A stretch of DNA of 64,000 nucleotides from Candidatus Bathyarchaeum tardum (GCA_024650005.2 CP122380.1:1120001-1184000), one strand, 5' to 3'; shown: positions 41,496-51,620, counted from the first letter of the stretch. Translations and numbers: made by a program. Notes: generated by a model not told the origin, from the sequence alone.

Positions 41496-42377
41496 TCACG
41501 ATTTTAAGCGTTTAATTAAAATGTAAACAATTGTTGTTAGCGCAACCGTTGCAATGATTGTGATTATTAGACCTAATTCCATAGGTATGGTTGTTCCTAG
41601 AAAACCCTTTTTTGTTGTAGGTCCAGCATAGGCGACCATAAGTGGGAATATGTCAACATCATCTTCAGTCACTTGGTATGGTATATCTCCAATTCCGTTT
41701 CCATCAGTATCTGGACCGTTATAGTCTCCCCAGTAATTGCCACAAGTGCCATTATTCCAGATGTTCAGATGTTGTTTCCATTTTGGTTCGGTGCATTCAC
41801 AGTCGTAAACATTCCAAGTGTTGTTAACAAAGCTATTCAAGTAAAAAACGTTATACACAATTTCATGTTCCACAGGGATTGGACCCAAAAACACTCCCTG
41901 GATGTTACCTTCCACATAGTTTTCTATGATGGTATTCGGACAAGCTGCAAGAAAAATTCCAACATTTGAACCTTTTACTGTGTTCTTAGTAATCGTGTTT
42001 CCTGTTGTCCAGATATAAACTCCTATATTAAAATCGATAATATTCAAGTTTTTAATGGTTACGTTGCCATTCGTAACGTTTGATAGTTCAATTCCAAAAT
42101 CCCAAGAACCAACAGGTAAAATTCGAGGCACCGATTTGAGTGTGTGTCCTTTTCCATCAATTATTATGTTGTTTTTTTCCACTATAATTCCGTAGGAATC
42201 TTCAATGTCCCCTGAAAAAATGTATGTGTCTCCGCTGCGATAGATTTTGTTAGTTCCTTCAATGGTGCCCTCAGCGCGGATAAATATCATTTGAGCTCCT
42301 TTAACTGGTAATAAATTAACTGCACAGAAATTAACTAAAAGCAACGAAGTAATCAACAGTAATTTGATTTTTTTCAT
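41496..42377 (-). CDS. NosD/CASH beta-helix surface protein with C-terminal membrane anchor
   Basis: Signal peptide, IIIDGKGHTL, N-x-I repeats, GNYWGDYNG.D.DGNGIGD.PY, C-terminal TM. Confidence 0.82.
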   Translation of the reverse strand: MKKIKLLLITSLLLVNFCAVNLLPVKGAQMIFIRAEGTIEGTNKIYRSGDTYIFSGDIEDSYGIIVEKNNIIIDGKGHTLKSVPRILPVGSWDFGIELSNVTNGNVTIKNLNIIDFNIGVYIWTTGNTITKNTVKGSNVGIFLAACPNTIIENYVEGNIQGVFLGPIPVEHEIVYNVFYLNSFVNNTWNVYDCECTEPKWKQHLNIWNNGTCGNYWGDYNGPDTDGNGIGDIPYQVTEDDVDIFPLMVAYAGPTTKKGFLGTTIPMELGLIITIIATVALTTIVYILIKRLKS

Positions 42378-42381
42378 TTGA

Positions 42382-44022
42382 TTATTTCTCCGAATCTAGC
42401 CAGTTCCTTGACTTTACAACTGTTTTACCTGCTGCTTTCAGTTTTAAAGCATCCTTTTCGGGGCACATTTCTAAACAACGCAAACACAAGATACAGTTAG
42501 ATGTAGTAACGTCACCGCCTTTTTCTTCGTAAACTTCGGTTACCTGAGTTGGACAAACCCGTTTGCAAATTCCGCATTTGGTGCATTTTTCTTCTAGTTT
42601 CTCTAAACGCAGGACTGAAATCCATTTGAAAGGCGGGAACCTATGAAACAATGCAATTAATGCGCCCAGTGGACATAGTCTGCACCATGCTCGACGGTAA
42701 TAAAAGGAAACAACTGTAACTACCCCTAATACCATCAAGTTCAATGAGGTAACAAAGTATCCTAACTCAAAAAAAGTACCTGTTGTAACTTGGGCAATCC
42801 ATTCAAAGCGTATTAAACCCACTGAAGCTTCTAATAACACGCAAAAAGGTTTCATTGGACAAACTTGACAAAACGGTGCAGAAAAATATTGGTACACAAA
42901 ACCTCCTTTTTCGGTTCCAGGAATTAATTGGGCACCTACTATTGCTTCTGCTCCGAACATGAAACTTAGAACTATTATTAGAGCTAAAATAACGTACCCG
43001 AGTTGATGGAATTTCTTGTTGAAATCTTTCGAGAAATCTTTATGAGGAATTTTAAAATTTTTTCTCAGATATGTAAGCAAATCCATGTACAACCCAAAAG
43101 GACAAACCCATCCGCAGAAGGCTTTGCCAAAAATAATGGACAATAGTATTATTATTCCAAAAATTACGGCTAATCTAACTAATCCTGAGCTATTGTAATC
43201 TACTCCCCAGCCGTGGGTTCCTTCCCAGAATGGGAAAAGGTACGTTTGAATTTCCCAGAGGGCACATGTGACAGTTCTTCCACAGGGATAGTAACAACCA
43301 AAAAATGGAACTGGAAAACCATCTGCCATTTCAACTCCCATAACGTTTGTTCCGACTAAAAATTCGTGAACTGGAATTCTGCTTGCAGGCACGGGCAAAA
43401 TTTCGTGGTCTATGAACATGCCAAAGAAAATCAGAAAAACTAACCCGACTTGGATAAATAATCTTAACGCGCTTATTTTTCTGGATTTGTTTTTTCTTCG
43501 CACAAATGCAAACACGCCGCCAATGCTTACTGTTGATATTGCAGCTGTTATCAAAAGAAGATTGGGCTTAAATGGAGAGCCAACAATAGGGACAGGATTT
43601 TCTGGATCTGCATTTGGGTCTGTTACTGTTACTCCGAGCCTGTCGTTAATGTGACCTAGAATAGGAAAAACGTTCCAGTAACCTGCCATATCCAAGGCTT
43701 GTGTAACCGCAAAGTCTCCTGTTTCTGCATCTGCTATTACAATTTGGTCAATATAGCTATAATCGGGTCTAACAAAGGTCACTCTTACTGTTCGGTCTAA
43801 TTCTGTGATTTCTTCTTCATCTGTTCCTAAACAAATGGTTCCAGTTACAGTAACGTTTTCGTAAATGTTGATTTCAGTGGAAGAAATGGTTGCAGTAATG
43901 TGAGGACCATAACAACTAGAAACTGGCTGGCAAACAAGGGCACCAACAGTGATGGAAACAGCAACAAAGATAAAAATTATCCAAAAGAAATTCTTAGATT
44001 TGCCTCTTTTTTTGTTAACCAT
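42382..44022 (-). CDS. Membrane polyferredoxin (NapH/MauN/NosR-C-terminal-like) with N-terminal extracellular domain
   Basis: FCGWVCPFG, FCQVCP, WCRLCPLG, CTKCGICKRVCP, CILCLRCLEMCP. ATG 44022 is preferred because TTG 44055 abuts the promoter motif. Confidence 0.85.
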   Translation of the reverse strand: MVNKKRGKSKNFFWIIFIFVAVSITVGALVCQPVSSCYGPHITATISSTEINIYENVTVTGTICLGTDEEEITELDRTVRVTFVRPDYSYIDQIVIADAETGDFAVTQALDMAGYWNVFPILGHINDRLGVTVTDPNADPENPVPIVGSPFKPNLLLITAAISTVSIGGVFAFVRRKNKSRKISALRLFIQVGLVFLIFFGMFIDHEILPVPASRIPVHEFLVGTNVMGVEMADGFPVPFFGCYYPCGRTVTCALWEIQTYLFPFWEGTHGWGVDYNSSGLVRLAVIFGIIILLSIIFGKAFCGWVCPFGLYMDLLTYLRKNFKIPHKDFSKDFNKKFHQLGYVILALIIVLSFMFGAEAIVGAQLIPGTEKGGFVYQYFSAPFCQVCPMKPFCVLLEASVGLIRFEWIAQVTTGTFFELGYFVTSLNLMVLGVVTVVSFYYRRAWCRLCPLGALIALFHRFPPFKWISVLRLEKLEEKCTKCGICKRVCPTQVTEVYEEKGGDVTTSNCILCLRCLEMCPEKDALKLKAAGKTVVKSRNWLDSEK

Positions 44023-44055
44023 TGGTACCAATAGTTCTCTTGTTGATGTGAACAA

Positions 44056-44086
44056 AAAAGGTTTTTTATCAAGAAACCTTGACTAA
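44056..44086 (-). promoter_or_regulatory. Palindrome plus BRE/TATA-like tract; exact 31-bp inverted copy of 39504-39534
   Basis: The reverse complement reads TTAGTCAAGGTTTCTTGATAAAAAACCTTTT. Confidence 0.72.
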
Positions 44087-44294
44087 TTTATTCAGTGGTG
44101 ATATATCCACGTACACCGTTATTCTTGCAACCCTCTCTTTTTTTGTTTGTTCAGAAGTTGATGCGTGAATAAGAAAAAAACAAATCAAGTCCTATACAAA
44201 GACATCAAAGAAAAAGATGTTGAATTAATTATTCTTGGTTTAGTCTATGGTCAAGGAAAAGCTTTTGTATTTTAGAAAGTATAAGGTGAAAAAT

Positions 44295-44936
44295 GTGAAA
44301 ATTATGAAAAAACCATTAGTTGCTTTAATAGTTATAATTTTGGCTGTAGCAGTTATTTCTGGAGTTTACATTGTAATGAATCTAGGTTCAGGTCCAGATC
44401 AACCAACAGATGCTACCCCTACTCCAGATCAACCAACAGATGCTACCCCTACTCCAGATCAACCAACAGATGCTACCCCTACACCAGATCAACCAACAGA
44501 TGCTACCCCTACACCAGATCAACCAACAGATGCCACGAACCCGACGTTAGGAGTAAATAGCTTTCAATACAAATTAAGCATAACCTTGTCAGGTGAACCC
44601 CAATCAGATATGCATTACACCTACAGTTACAAAAATGTTGGAACACAAAACATGATGTGGCGCCTTGACGTAACCACGGAAGAAGGTACATCAACCACCA
44701 TAGTTAATGGGGCTCAACAAAAAGTATGGATGATTTATGATGATGAAATCCTTGATATATCGTATGCGTTCACAGAACAATGGGATTCAATAATGGAAGA
44801 TTGGCAAGACGTTCAAGGTGATTTTGCAGATTGGCCTGGAACTCAGGAATGGACATACACTGTTGATGGTACAACTGCTAGAATTTATGATGTACAAACT
44901 AACCCTGTCCTCCCGGATTCATTATTCGAAGCATAA
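44295..44936 (+). CDS. Membrane-anchored surface protein with Pro/Thr linker and LolA-like C-terminal domain
   Basis: AGGTGA RBS, GTG 44295, N-terminal TM, PDQPTDATPT repeats, terminal NPVLPDSLF. Confidence 0.7.
   Translation: MKIMKKPLVALIVIILAVAVISGVYIVMNLGSGPDQPTDATPTPDQPTDATPTPDQPTDATPTPDQPTDATPTPDQPTDATNPTLGVNSFQYKLSITLSGEPQSDMHYTYSYKNVGTQNMMWRLDVTTEEGTSTTIVNGAQQKVWMIYDDEILDISYAFTEQWDSIMEDWQDVQGDFADWPGTQEWTYTVDGTTARIYDVQTNPVLPDSLFEA
44394..44537 (+). repeat. 30-bp coding tandem repeat (4 full units plus 1 partial)
   Basis: Unit CCAGATCAACCAACAGATGCTACCCCTAC(T/A) encodes PDQPTDATPT. Confidence 0.95.
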
Positions 44937-45685
44937 AATCTACAGCAAAGCATAAAAAGGTCAAAACAACCTTCTCAAACCCCATTTTCCTTTTTTGTTA
45001 AGTTAAATAATGGGCGCTTAGATAGTTTGAAATTATCTTTGTTCTCATATTCCTTTAGAAAAAAGTTGAAACCTAAGAGTTCAACAAGTACTGGAAGCAC
45101 AGAATGAAACCAAGCAACAAGGAAAAAGGCAACTCGTTAAAGCATTACAGAAAACGTTTGATAATACTCCTGTAACTGAGGATTTGGCACTTGAACAAGA
45201 AGCGAAAGAGAATGAGATGATGAATAACTTCACGGATTAAGAGAAGAAGATTACCCGTAAACACTTCTCTAACATTGAAAAACATTAACTTTCCATTGAC
45301 TAACCGGTTCTCTTTGGTTTGGATTTCAGTAAACATGATTTGTTGTGAGCATCGTGGATGAAAAATTTAACAGGTTCCTTTTTTAGAGCTGATTAGTTTT
45401 GCGAAAAAACAAAATTGGGTTGTTAGTTGATTTGTTTTTTCATTGCTGTTAATAACTATGATTGTAACTATAAACGCAAATAGCAATAAAGTCCAATTGG
45501 TATTAGCATTGCTAATATTGTGTTGCCAAAAACGAGCGTGTAAACAACTGCGATAACCGTAACTGAAATCCAAATGGCGCTAGCAATTAAATTCTTTGAT
45601 CCATTTCTAAACTAAATTTGAACTTGGAACTTTTAGTATTTAGTTCTAGACATTAGAACAACTAAAGAAACAGATTGGAATCCAT

Positions 45686-46063
45686 TTACTTTTTTTCTAT
45701 GATGATTTTTGTTCCGCTTGTTACTTTTTCAAACAATTCTAGGTTTTTGGTTACTTTGCCAATTAAATTAACTGGACTGTATGGTTGGGTGTTTCCCCAG
45801 AATATACAAAAAGCGCTTCCCATAGGCCAGAATGCAAGATCACCTTTTTCTACAGTAGGCGAGGATTTTTCGTTTCCCATCTTTATTGGGATGTCAAAAT
45901 AGACTTCTTCTTGCCATAATGCCGACATTCCTTCGATGGGAAGTGCTTTTAGGATTGCGTCTGTTGTTCGGGGAGACTTTAGTCGAACTAGTTCTCCTTC
46001 TGCAGTGCCGATTCCTTCGATGGAAATTTTTATAGGGATGCGAGAAATGCTCATTTTAAACAC
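45686..46063 (-). CDS. Cyclophilin-like fold protein (DUF369/TM1367-like)
   Basis: P.T..AILKALPI, WQEEVYF, GDLAFWPMGSAFCIFWG.TQP.SPVN.IG. Confidence 0.82.
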   Translation of the reverse strand: MFKMSISRIPIKISIEGIGTAEGELVRLKSPRTTDAILKALPIEGMSALWQEEVYFDIPIKMGNEKSSPTVEKGDLAFWPMGSAFCIFWGNTQPYSPVNLIGKVTKNLELFEKVTSGTKIIIEKK

Positions 46064-46314
46064 TGCTAATATTACCTATTTACTGATTATTATGTTTACT
46101 GCAAATTACTAAACAAAAAGTAACTTTAATGTTCACTCTTGCATGTTTTTTGTTAAATTAACATAATCTAAAAATTTTTGACTTAAAATCGTTGTCTTTT
46201 CGAGTGGAAAAAACTTTTATTATCTTTTATTCGAGGTTGTTTTATCAAAGAGAAATCTTTATATTCACAGTAATTTTCTACTTTTTCGTATTAAATTATA
46301 AGGAGAAATGATGA

Positions 46315-47991
46315 TTGTCTTCTGGATTAACTGGAACACCTGTTCTTATACTCCGTGATGGAGCATCCCGTTCACGCGGTCAAGAAGCCCAACACGCCAA
46401 TATCATGGCGGCACAGATCGTTGCTGAATCAGTAAAAAGTGCCCTTGGACCCCGTGGAATGGACAAAATGCTGGTCGATAGTTTCGGTGACGTAACTATA
46501 ACCAGTGACGGTCGTACAATTTTAGATGAAATGGACATACAGCACCCTGCAGCAAAAATGCTCGTAGAGGTAGCAAAAACACAAGACGACGAAGTGGGAG
46601 ACGGCACCACCAGTTCAGTAATAATAGCTGGAGAACTCTTAGCAAAAGCTGAAGAACTAATCGCAAAAAATGTTCACCCCACTGTAATCATTGATGGTTA
46701 CCGAAAAGCAGCAGAAAAAGCTTTGGAGGTCTTGGAAAAAATTGCCATCAAAACTACTTCGACTGACAAAAAAATGATAAAGAAGGCAGCTATGACCTCA
46801 ATGGCTAGCAAACTAGTTTCTGGCAGCCGAGATTACCTCAGTGATATTGCAACTCAAGCAGTTTTACAAGTTGCAATAAAAACTGGTGACAGCTACAAAG
46901 TCGACATTGGAAACATTAAGATAGAAAAGAAACCTGGAGAATCCTTGATTGATACTAAACTAATCAATGGAATAGTTCTTGACAAAGAAGCAGTTCATTC
47001 TGGAATGCCTAAACGTGTAGAAAATGCAAAAATCATTTTGGTTGACGCTGCTCTTGAAATAGAAAAAACAGAGTTTGATGCCAAAATTAATATCCAAAGC
47101 CCCGAGCAAATGGATGCCTTCCTAAAACAAGAAGAAAACATGATCAAAGCAATGGTTGACAAAATAGTCGCCAAAGGTGCAAACGTTGTTTTGTGCCAAA
47201 AAGGCATTGACGATTTGGCTCAGCACTTTCTAGCACGACAAGGAGTTCTTGCAGTTAGACGTGTAAAGAAATCTGACATGGAAGCCCTTGCTAAAGCAAC
47301 TGGAGCAAAAGTTGTAACAAATCTTGATGACATAAGTAAAAGTGACCTTGGCAACGCACAAGTTGTAGAAGAACGCAAAATCGGTGATGACAAAATGACC
47401 TTCATCGAAGGATGCAAGAATCCTTTGGCTGTTACAATTCTTATCCGTGGTGGAACACAAAGAATCGTTGACGAAGCTGACCGTTCACTACACGATGCAC
47501 TATGTGTTGTCGCAGACGTAGTTGAAGATCCTAAACTCGTAGGTGGCGGAGGTGCCCCAGAAATGGAACTAGCCAAAGCTCTACGGGAATATGCAGACAC
47601 TCTTCCAGGTCGTGAACAATTAGCAGTATTGCAATTTGCTGAAGCTTTAGAAATAATTCCAACAACATTAGCAGAAAATGCAGGACTTGATCCAATTGAT
47701 ATGATTTCCAGCCTTCGATCACAACATGAAAAAGGTATCCTCTGGGCAGGCGTAGACGTAGACACCGGCAAAGCTAGTGACATGGAAAAAGCAGGCGTGT
47801 TAGAGCCTATGGCAGTTAAAAAACAAATAATCAAATCCTGTTCCGAAGCTGCAACATTGATACTAAAAATTGACGACGTTATTGCTTCAGGAAAAACCAA
47901 AGCCCCTGCAGGTCCACCAGGAGGTATGGGCGGCATGGGTGGAATGGGTGGTATGGGCGGAATGCCTGGCATGGGCATGCCCGGAATGTAG
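46315..47991 (+). CDS. ths: Thermosome (group II chaperonin) subunit
   Basis: [37 protein letters not shown]-terminal GGM repeats. Confidence 0.97.
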   Translation: MSSGLTGTPVLILRDGASRSRGQEAQHANIMAAQIVAESVKSALGPRGMDKMLVDSFGDVTITSDGRTILDEMDIQHPAAKMLVEVAKTQDDEVGDGTTSSVIIAGELLAKAEELIAKNVHPTVIIDGYRKAAEKALEVLEKIAIKTTSTDKKMIKKAAMTSMASKLVSGSRDYLSDIATQAVLQVAIKTGDSYKVDIGNIKIEKKPGESLIDTKLINGIVLDKEAVHSGMPKRVENAKIILVDAALEIEKTEFDAKINIQSPEQMDAFLKQEENMIKAMVDKIVAKGANVVLCQKGIDDLAQHFLARQGVLAVRRVKKSDMEALAKATGAKVVTNLDDISKSDLGNAQVVEERKIGDDKMTFIEGCKNPLAVTILIRGGTQRIVDEADRSLHDALCVVADVVEDPKLVGGGGAPEMELAKALREYADTLPGREQLAVLQFAEALEIIPTTLAENAGLDPIDMISSLRSQHEKGILWAGVDVDTGKASDMEKAGVLEPMAVKKQIIKSCSEAATLILKIDDVIASGKTKAPAGPPGGMGGMGGMGGMGGMPGMGMPGM

Positions 47992-48006
47992 GAGCGTTAT
48001 AAACCC

Positions 48007-48261
48007 ACGACAACCCCAAATGAAGTTTCAATTGGACCTGCCAAAATCACCCGTTTTGAACGGGCTCGCATAGTGGGAGCCAGAGCACTGCAAATCGCAA
48101 TGGGTGCTCCCCTTCTTATTGCCTCCCCGGCGGCACGTGCAGGGCCTATTGATATTGCAATAATGGAACTGGAATCTGGGATTCTTCCCCTAACTATTCG
48201 CAGAACACTGCCTAACGAAGAATACCAAGATGTCCCTCTCAAGTGGCTTTCAAAAGCTTAA
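48007..48261 (+). CDS. rpoK: DNA-directed RNA polymerase subunit Rpo6/K (start codon non-canonical or uncertain)
   Basis: [27 protein letters not shown]...[10 protein letters not shown]. The conserved motif begins upstream of the track's GTG 48073. Candidate start is ACG 48007. Confidence 0.9.
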   Translation, partial: TTTPNEVSIGPAKITRFERARIVGARALQIAMGAPLLIASPAARAGPIDIAIMELESGILPLTIRRTLPNEEYQDVPLKWLSKA

Positions 48262-48888
48262 AACCTAATGCAATAGGGTTTTTCCCTATTTCTTTTTTAT
48301 AAATCATATTTTTTTGTAACGTCGACTTATTATGGCAACTTACAATCAAAGGTATTTTTCTAAATAATCGATTAAACACTTGAAAATGGAAAACTTTTAA
48401 ATTGTAAACTGTTACACACAAAGATGTGGGTTTGCTGAGGCTCATGCACAGGCAATTGAGGAGTGAAAAAACGAATTTATTCTACTATATTATTCGTTGA
48501 TTTCATTTTTAATGTTTGAGCCAAGCATACTCACTTAATCTGAAAATTTGTTGTTTTGACATTTTATTAATAGTAATATTTTTTTTCTATAGTTACTGGA
48601 AATCAATTTAGGAATAACACAGTTTATGAAATCGAATAATGTATTCGAGATTTATACTTAATAACCAACAACGACGCAAGCGATAAAATTTTACAAAAAG
48701 TATGATATTTACTTATACAGACCAATTTCTGATTTTTATTTTGTGTTAGAAAATAACTTTGGATTGTGCTATTTGTCTGATAATCAAGAAAAATATTGTT
48801 TACATTAACCCTAGACTTGAACTAATAATGTTGGGTAATAAAAATTATTAAATGTGGGATTTTGTTGCCACATTTTTTTGTTTATTGT

Positions 48889-49221
48889 TTATTTTGCTGG
48901 TTCAGCTACAACGAGCTGTTTGTATATTTTGAGGTTTTTTCCTCCAGAAACGTATTCTACGAGTTTTCGTTTTTCCATTTCTTTAAGAAAAGCGTTAGCA
49001 ATGCTTAGTTTTACACTTAAGCGTGAAGCAACAATTGATGGTGTGAGTACTTTTAGTCCTTTAAGTTCAGCTAGTACTTTTTTGTCGTTTACGTCAGGAA
49101 CAGTCAAACCCAAAGTCTGTTTTTTGGCGACAGGTGCTACTTCTTTTTTTTCTCTTTTTTCTTTAGGTTCCTTTGTTTTAGTCATTTGCTTAAGAGATTT
49201 GTTCTTTTTTCCTCCGCCCAT
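48889..49221 (-). CDS. rps25e: 30S ribosomal protein eS25
   Basis: MGGGKK basic N-terminus and LTPSIVASRLSVKLSIA..FLKEM...LV....G..LKIY winged helix. Confidence 0.88.
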   Translation of the reverse strand: MGGGKKNKSLKQMTKTKEPKEKREKKEVAPVAKKQTLGLTVPDVNDKKVLAELKGLKVLTPSIVASRLSVKLSIANAFLKEMEKRKLVEYVSGGKNLKIYKQLVVAEPAK

Positions 49222-49275
49222 TGTTCTTCACCTTTTCTTTTGAATTCCATTCGCCCTTTATAGCCTTTCTCCTTG

Positions 49276-50763
49276 CTATTGGACTTCACCGACTTGTTTT
49301 TTGTTTTGTTTTTTCCATTCTTCCAAGGGAATGCCCATGTCGTGTTCAACTTTTTCTCGGTGAATCGAGTTCATTGCACAGAATGGTATGATTCTGCCGT
49401 CTGGAACTGCGTAATGGATGCAGCATCGTTGAACCCGTTCCAAGTCGAAGTTGTATGGGTCCATGAAATGCATGGAAGAAACTAGTAGCATTTTTCTGTG
49501 AAGGTCTCCAAGGGAGTCGTAGCTTCCACTTTTGACGATGGGCAGCAGATATTTTCTGAGTAATCCGAATTTGATGTGTCTTAGCAGTCCGACCAGATGG
49601 ATTTTAGCAGATTTTGTCTTGCCTGCTTTGGCGTCTTCGTATACTTTTTCCATGGTGGACATGAATTTGTCAACGTTAACATAGCGGTTGATGGGCACCA
49701 TTTTGTCGCCTTCAATGAACACGTAAGTTGCCATTCCACAATGGGGATGGGTAGTGAATTCAACGTAGTCTTTGCCTTTCAGGGCAGCTACAGCCCGGCT
49801 GATAGGAACTACAGTAGGAACAGGGTAAAAGTCGTCGACTTTTATTAAGCCGTCTGTTTGTTCTTCGACTTTTTCCATGAAATCAGGTATTGTAATTCGC
49901 ATTTTTTCTCGTTCGTCTTCGTCTATTCTGCCGCAAATGCTTACAGGCTGGACATTTACACATCGAACAATGTCAAAGTTGTCTTTAGCGAAGCGTATAA
50001 TGTCGCCTATTTGATGGTCGTTAACGCCTTTTACAAGGGTAACAACAAGTACAAGGCTTAATCCTGCTGCGCGGCAGTTTTCGATTGCCTTCATTTTAAT
50101 GTCAAGAAGGTCAACACCCCGGGTGAATTCGTAAACGTCTGAGGTTAATCCGTCAAACTGCAAATAAATTGTGCTCAAGCCTGCTTCTACTAGTTGTTTT
50201 GCGAATTCAGGGTCGTTGGCTAATCGTAAGCCGTTTGTGTTGACTTCTACGTGATGGAAGCCTAGTTCTTTTGCTTTAACTATCAGTTCGGTCAAGTCTT
50301 TTCGTATTGTTGGTTCTCCGCCTGAAAACTGTAAAGCAGGCGGTCTTACAGGCTTGTTTTGGCGCAGGTTTTCGAGCATTTCAAAGATTTGCTCTTTTGT
50401 GGGTTCATACACGTATCCTGCACTTGCAGCGTTAGCAAAACAAACTGGGCAAGTAAGGTTGCACCTGTTGGTTATGTCGATGATTGCAAGGCCGGTGTGG
50501 CTTTTATGTTCTGGGCAGATTCCACAGTCTAAGGGGCATCCGTTTTTTGTTTCTGTTCTGGGGTTTTCAAGTCCAGTACCTTCGGCTCGTAGGCTTTCGG
50601 CTTTTTGGTAAATGTCGTAGTTGCTCCAGTATAGTTCAGTATATTTGCCGTGCTCATCGCAGGTTTTTTCTATGTAGACTTTGTTGTCGTCTTCATAGAT
50701 TGTAGCCTCTAGTACCTTGAGGCATTCCGGGCACAATGATTTTGTTTGTTTGATTACTTGCAT
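49276..50763 (-). CDS. tes: Radical SAM tetraether (GDGT) lipid synthase, Tes/MJ0619 family
   Basis: SLCPEC...KTC.EHG, GCPLDCGICPEH, RCNLTCPVCFA (CX3CX2C), FMDPYNFD.ERV.RCCIHY, IIPFC. ATG 50763. Confidence 0.88.
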   Translation of the reverse strand: MQVIKQTKSLCPECLKVLEATIYEDDNKVYIEKTCDEHGKYTELYWSNYDIYQKAESLRAEGTGLENPRTETKNGCPLDCGICPEHKSHTGLAIIDITNRCNLTCPVCFANAASAGYVYEPTKEQIFEMLENLRQNKPVRPPALQFSGGEPTIRKDLTELIVKAKELGFHHVEVNTNGLRLANDPEFAKQLVEAGLSTIYLQFDGLTSDVYEFTRGVDLLDIKMKAIENCRAAGLSLVLVVTLVKGVNDHQIGDIIRFAKDNFDIVRCVNVQPVSICGRIDEDEREKMRITIPDFMEKVEEQTDGLIKVDDFYPVPTVVPISRAVAALKGKDYVEFTTHPHCGMATYVFIEGDKMVPINRYVNVDKFMSTMEKVYEDAKAGKTKSAKIHLVGLLRHIKFGLLRKYLLPIVKSGSYDSLGDLHRKMLLVSSMHFMDPYNFDLERVQRCCIHYAVPDGRIIPFCAMNSIHREKVEHDMGIPLEEWKKQNKKQVGEVQ

Positions 50764-50852
50764 TAATTTGACACCACTGATAGGGGTAATATTTTTTATG
50801 TGATTGCAGATACTATAAGAAGGTTTCCAAACCATTCATAAGGTGAAAAAGG

Positions 50853-51620
50853 TTGAGCACGCCAGTAAGTGAAGACGCAAAAAAAGTTCTACACGAAGTA
50901 GGCCTAACAGAATACGAAACCCGAGCTTTTTTGATACTATTAGAACGGGGAGTAATGACAGCCAGCGAAGTCAGCGAACATGGTGGAGTCCCGTATTCTA
51001 AGGTGTATGAAACCCTCAATTCTTTAGAGCGCAAAGGCTGGGTAGAAGTCGAAAAAGGTCGCCCCAGCAGATATTTTCCCAAAGCTCCTACTGAAGCTCT
51101 GGAAGCAGAACGTTTACGTCTAGAAGGCATGATGAGCGGCTGGAAAAAAGTGGTGATGGGTGAGCTTCAGCCCCTTTACGAAAAACGTGAGTTAATGGAA
51201 AAGCCTGACATCTGGATACTAAGGGGAGAGTTTAGTGTCATGGCCAAGCTTCAAGAAATGTTAGAAGTAGTAAAATCAGAGTTGTTGGTTGCGGTTCCGG
51301 CTTTTGCTAAGAACTTTGTTGATGCTTCTGTATCCACTTTGGCTCAGGTACGAACAAGTGGGGTAGATGTTAAGGTAATGCTTGCCGGAAAATGGACCCA
51401 AAAAGAACTCGCAATTATTGATAATGTTCGTTTTCGGGATAACATGTTTGGTGGCGGAGTAATTGTGGACGGTAAAGAGGCACTTTTGTTTCTTGGTGAA
51501 GCTGACAAAAAACGCAGCTACGCCGGGCTCCTAGTCATCTGGAGCAACCACATCGGACTAGTAAAATTCGCCCGAGAATACTTCCAACTACTCTGGGACA
51601 CAGCAAAAACTGCCGTGTAA
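50853..51620 (+). CDS. TrmB family transcriptional regulator
   Basis: GLTEYE.RA...LL..G..TASEVS..GGVPYSKVYE.L.SLE.KGWV...GRP..Y plus a C-terminal effector domain. Confidence 0.9.
   Translation: MSTPVSEDAKKVLHEVGLTEYETRAFLILLERGVMTASEVSEHGGVPYSKVYETLNSLERKGWVEVEKGRPSRYFPKAPTEALEAERLRLEGMMSGWKKVVMGELQPLYEKRELMEKPDIWILRGEFSVMAKLQEMLEVVKSELLVAVPAFAKNFVDASVSTLAQVRTSGVDVKVMLAGKWTQKELAIIDNVRFRDNMFGGGVIVDGKEALLFLGEADKKRSYAGLLVIWSNHIGLVKFAREYFQLLWDTAKTAV

Noticed and set aside
39504-44086. IS or composite transposon defined by the 31-bp inverted repeat
   Set aside because: No transposase and no clear target-site duplication. The same motif occurs singly at other promoters, so it was kept only as a regulatory/inversion hypothesis.
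44394-44537. 30-bp repeats as a CRISPR array
   Set aside because: The units are contiguous with no spacers and encode an in-frame Pro/Thr linker.
47220-47978. 252-aa minus-strand ORF and other antisense/overlapping ORFs in the track (e.g. 12335, 22953, 36219, 40179, 48854, 50813)
   Set aside because: They are shadows of well-supported genes on the opposite strand or frame and carry no motifs.
47917-47988. GGM-type repeat as a separate repeat element
   Set aside because: It is the normal Gly-Gly-Met chaperonin tail.
17529-47991. Genome-wide TAG recoding (pyrrolysine), suggested by in-frame continuation after TAG at 17531 and 47991
   Set aside because: OsmC, TsaA and the 1326 regulator end at TAG at normal family lengths. 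A TAA-ATG in-frame junction also occurs (58946/58947). No pyl genes are in the window.
48262-48888. tRNA or other ncRNA in the gap between rpoK and rps25e
   Set aside because: AT-rich, with no cloverleaf, T-loop consensus or stable stems recognisable by eye. The 68-aa minus ORF has no features.
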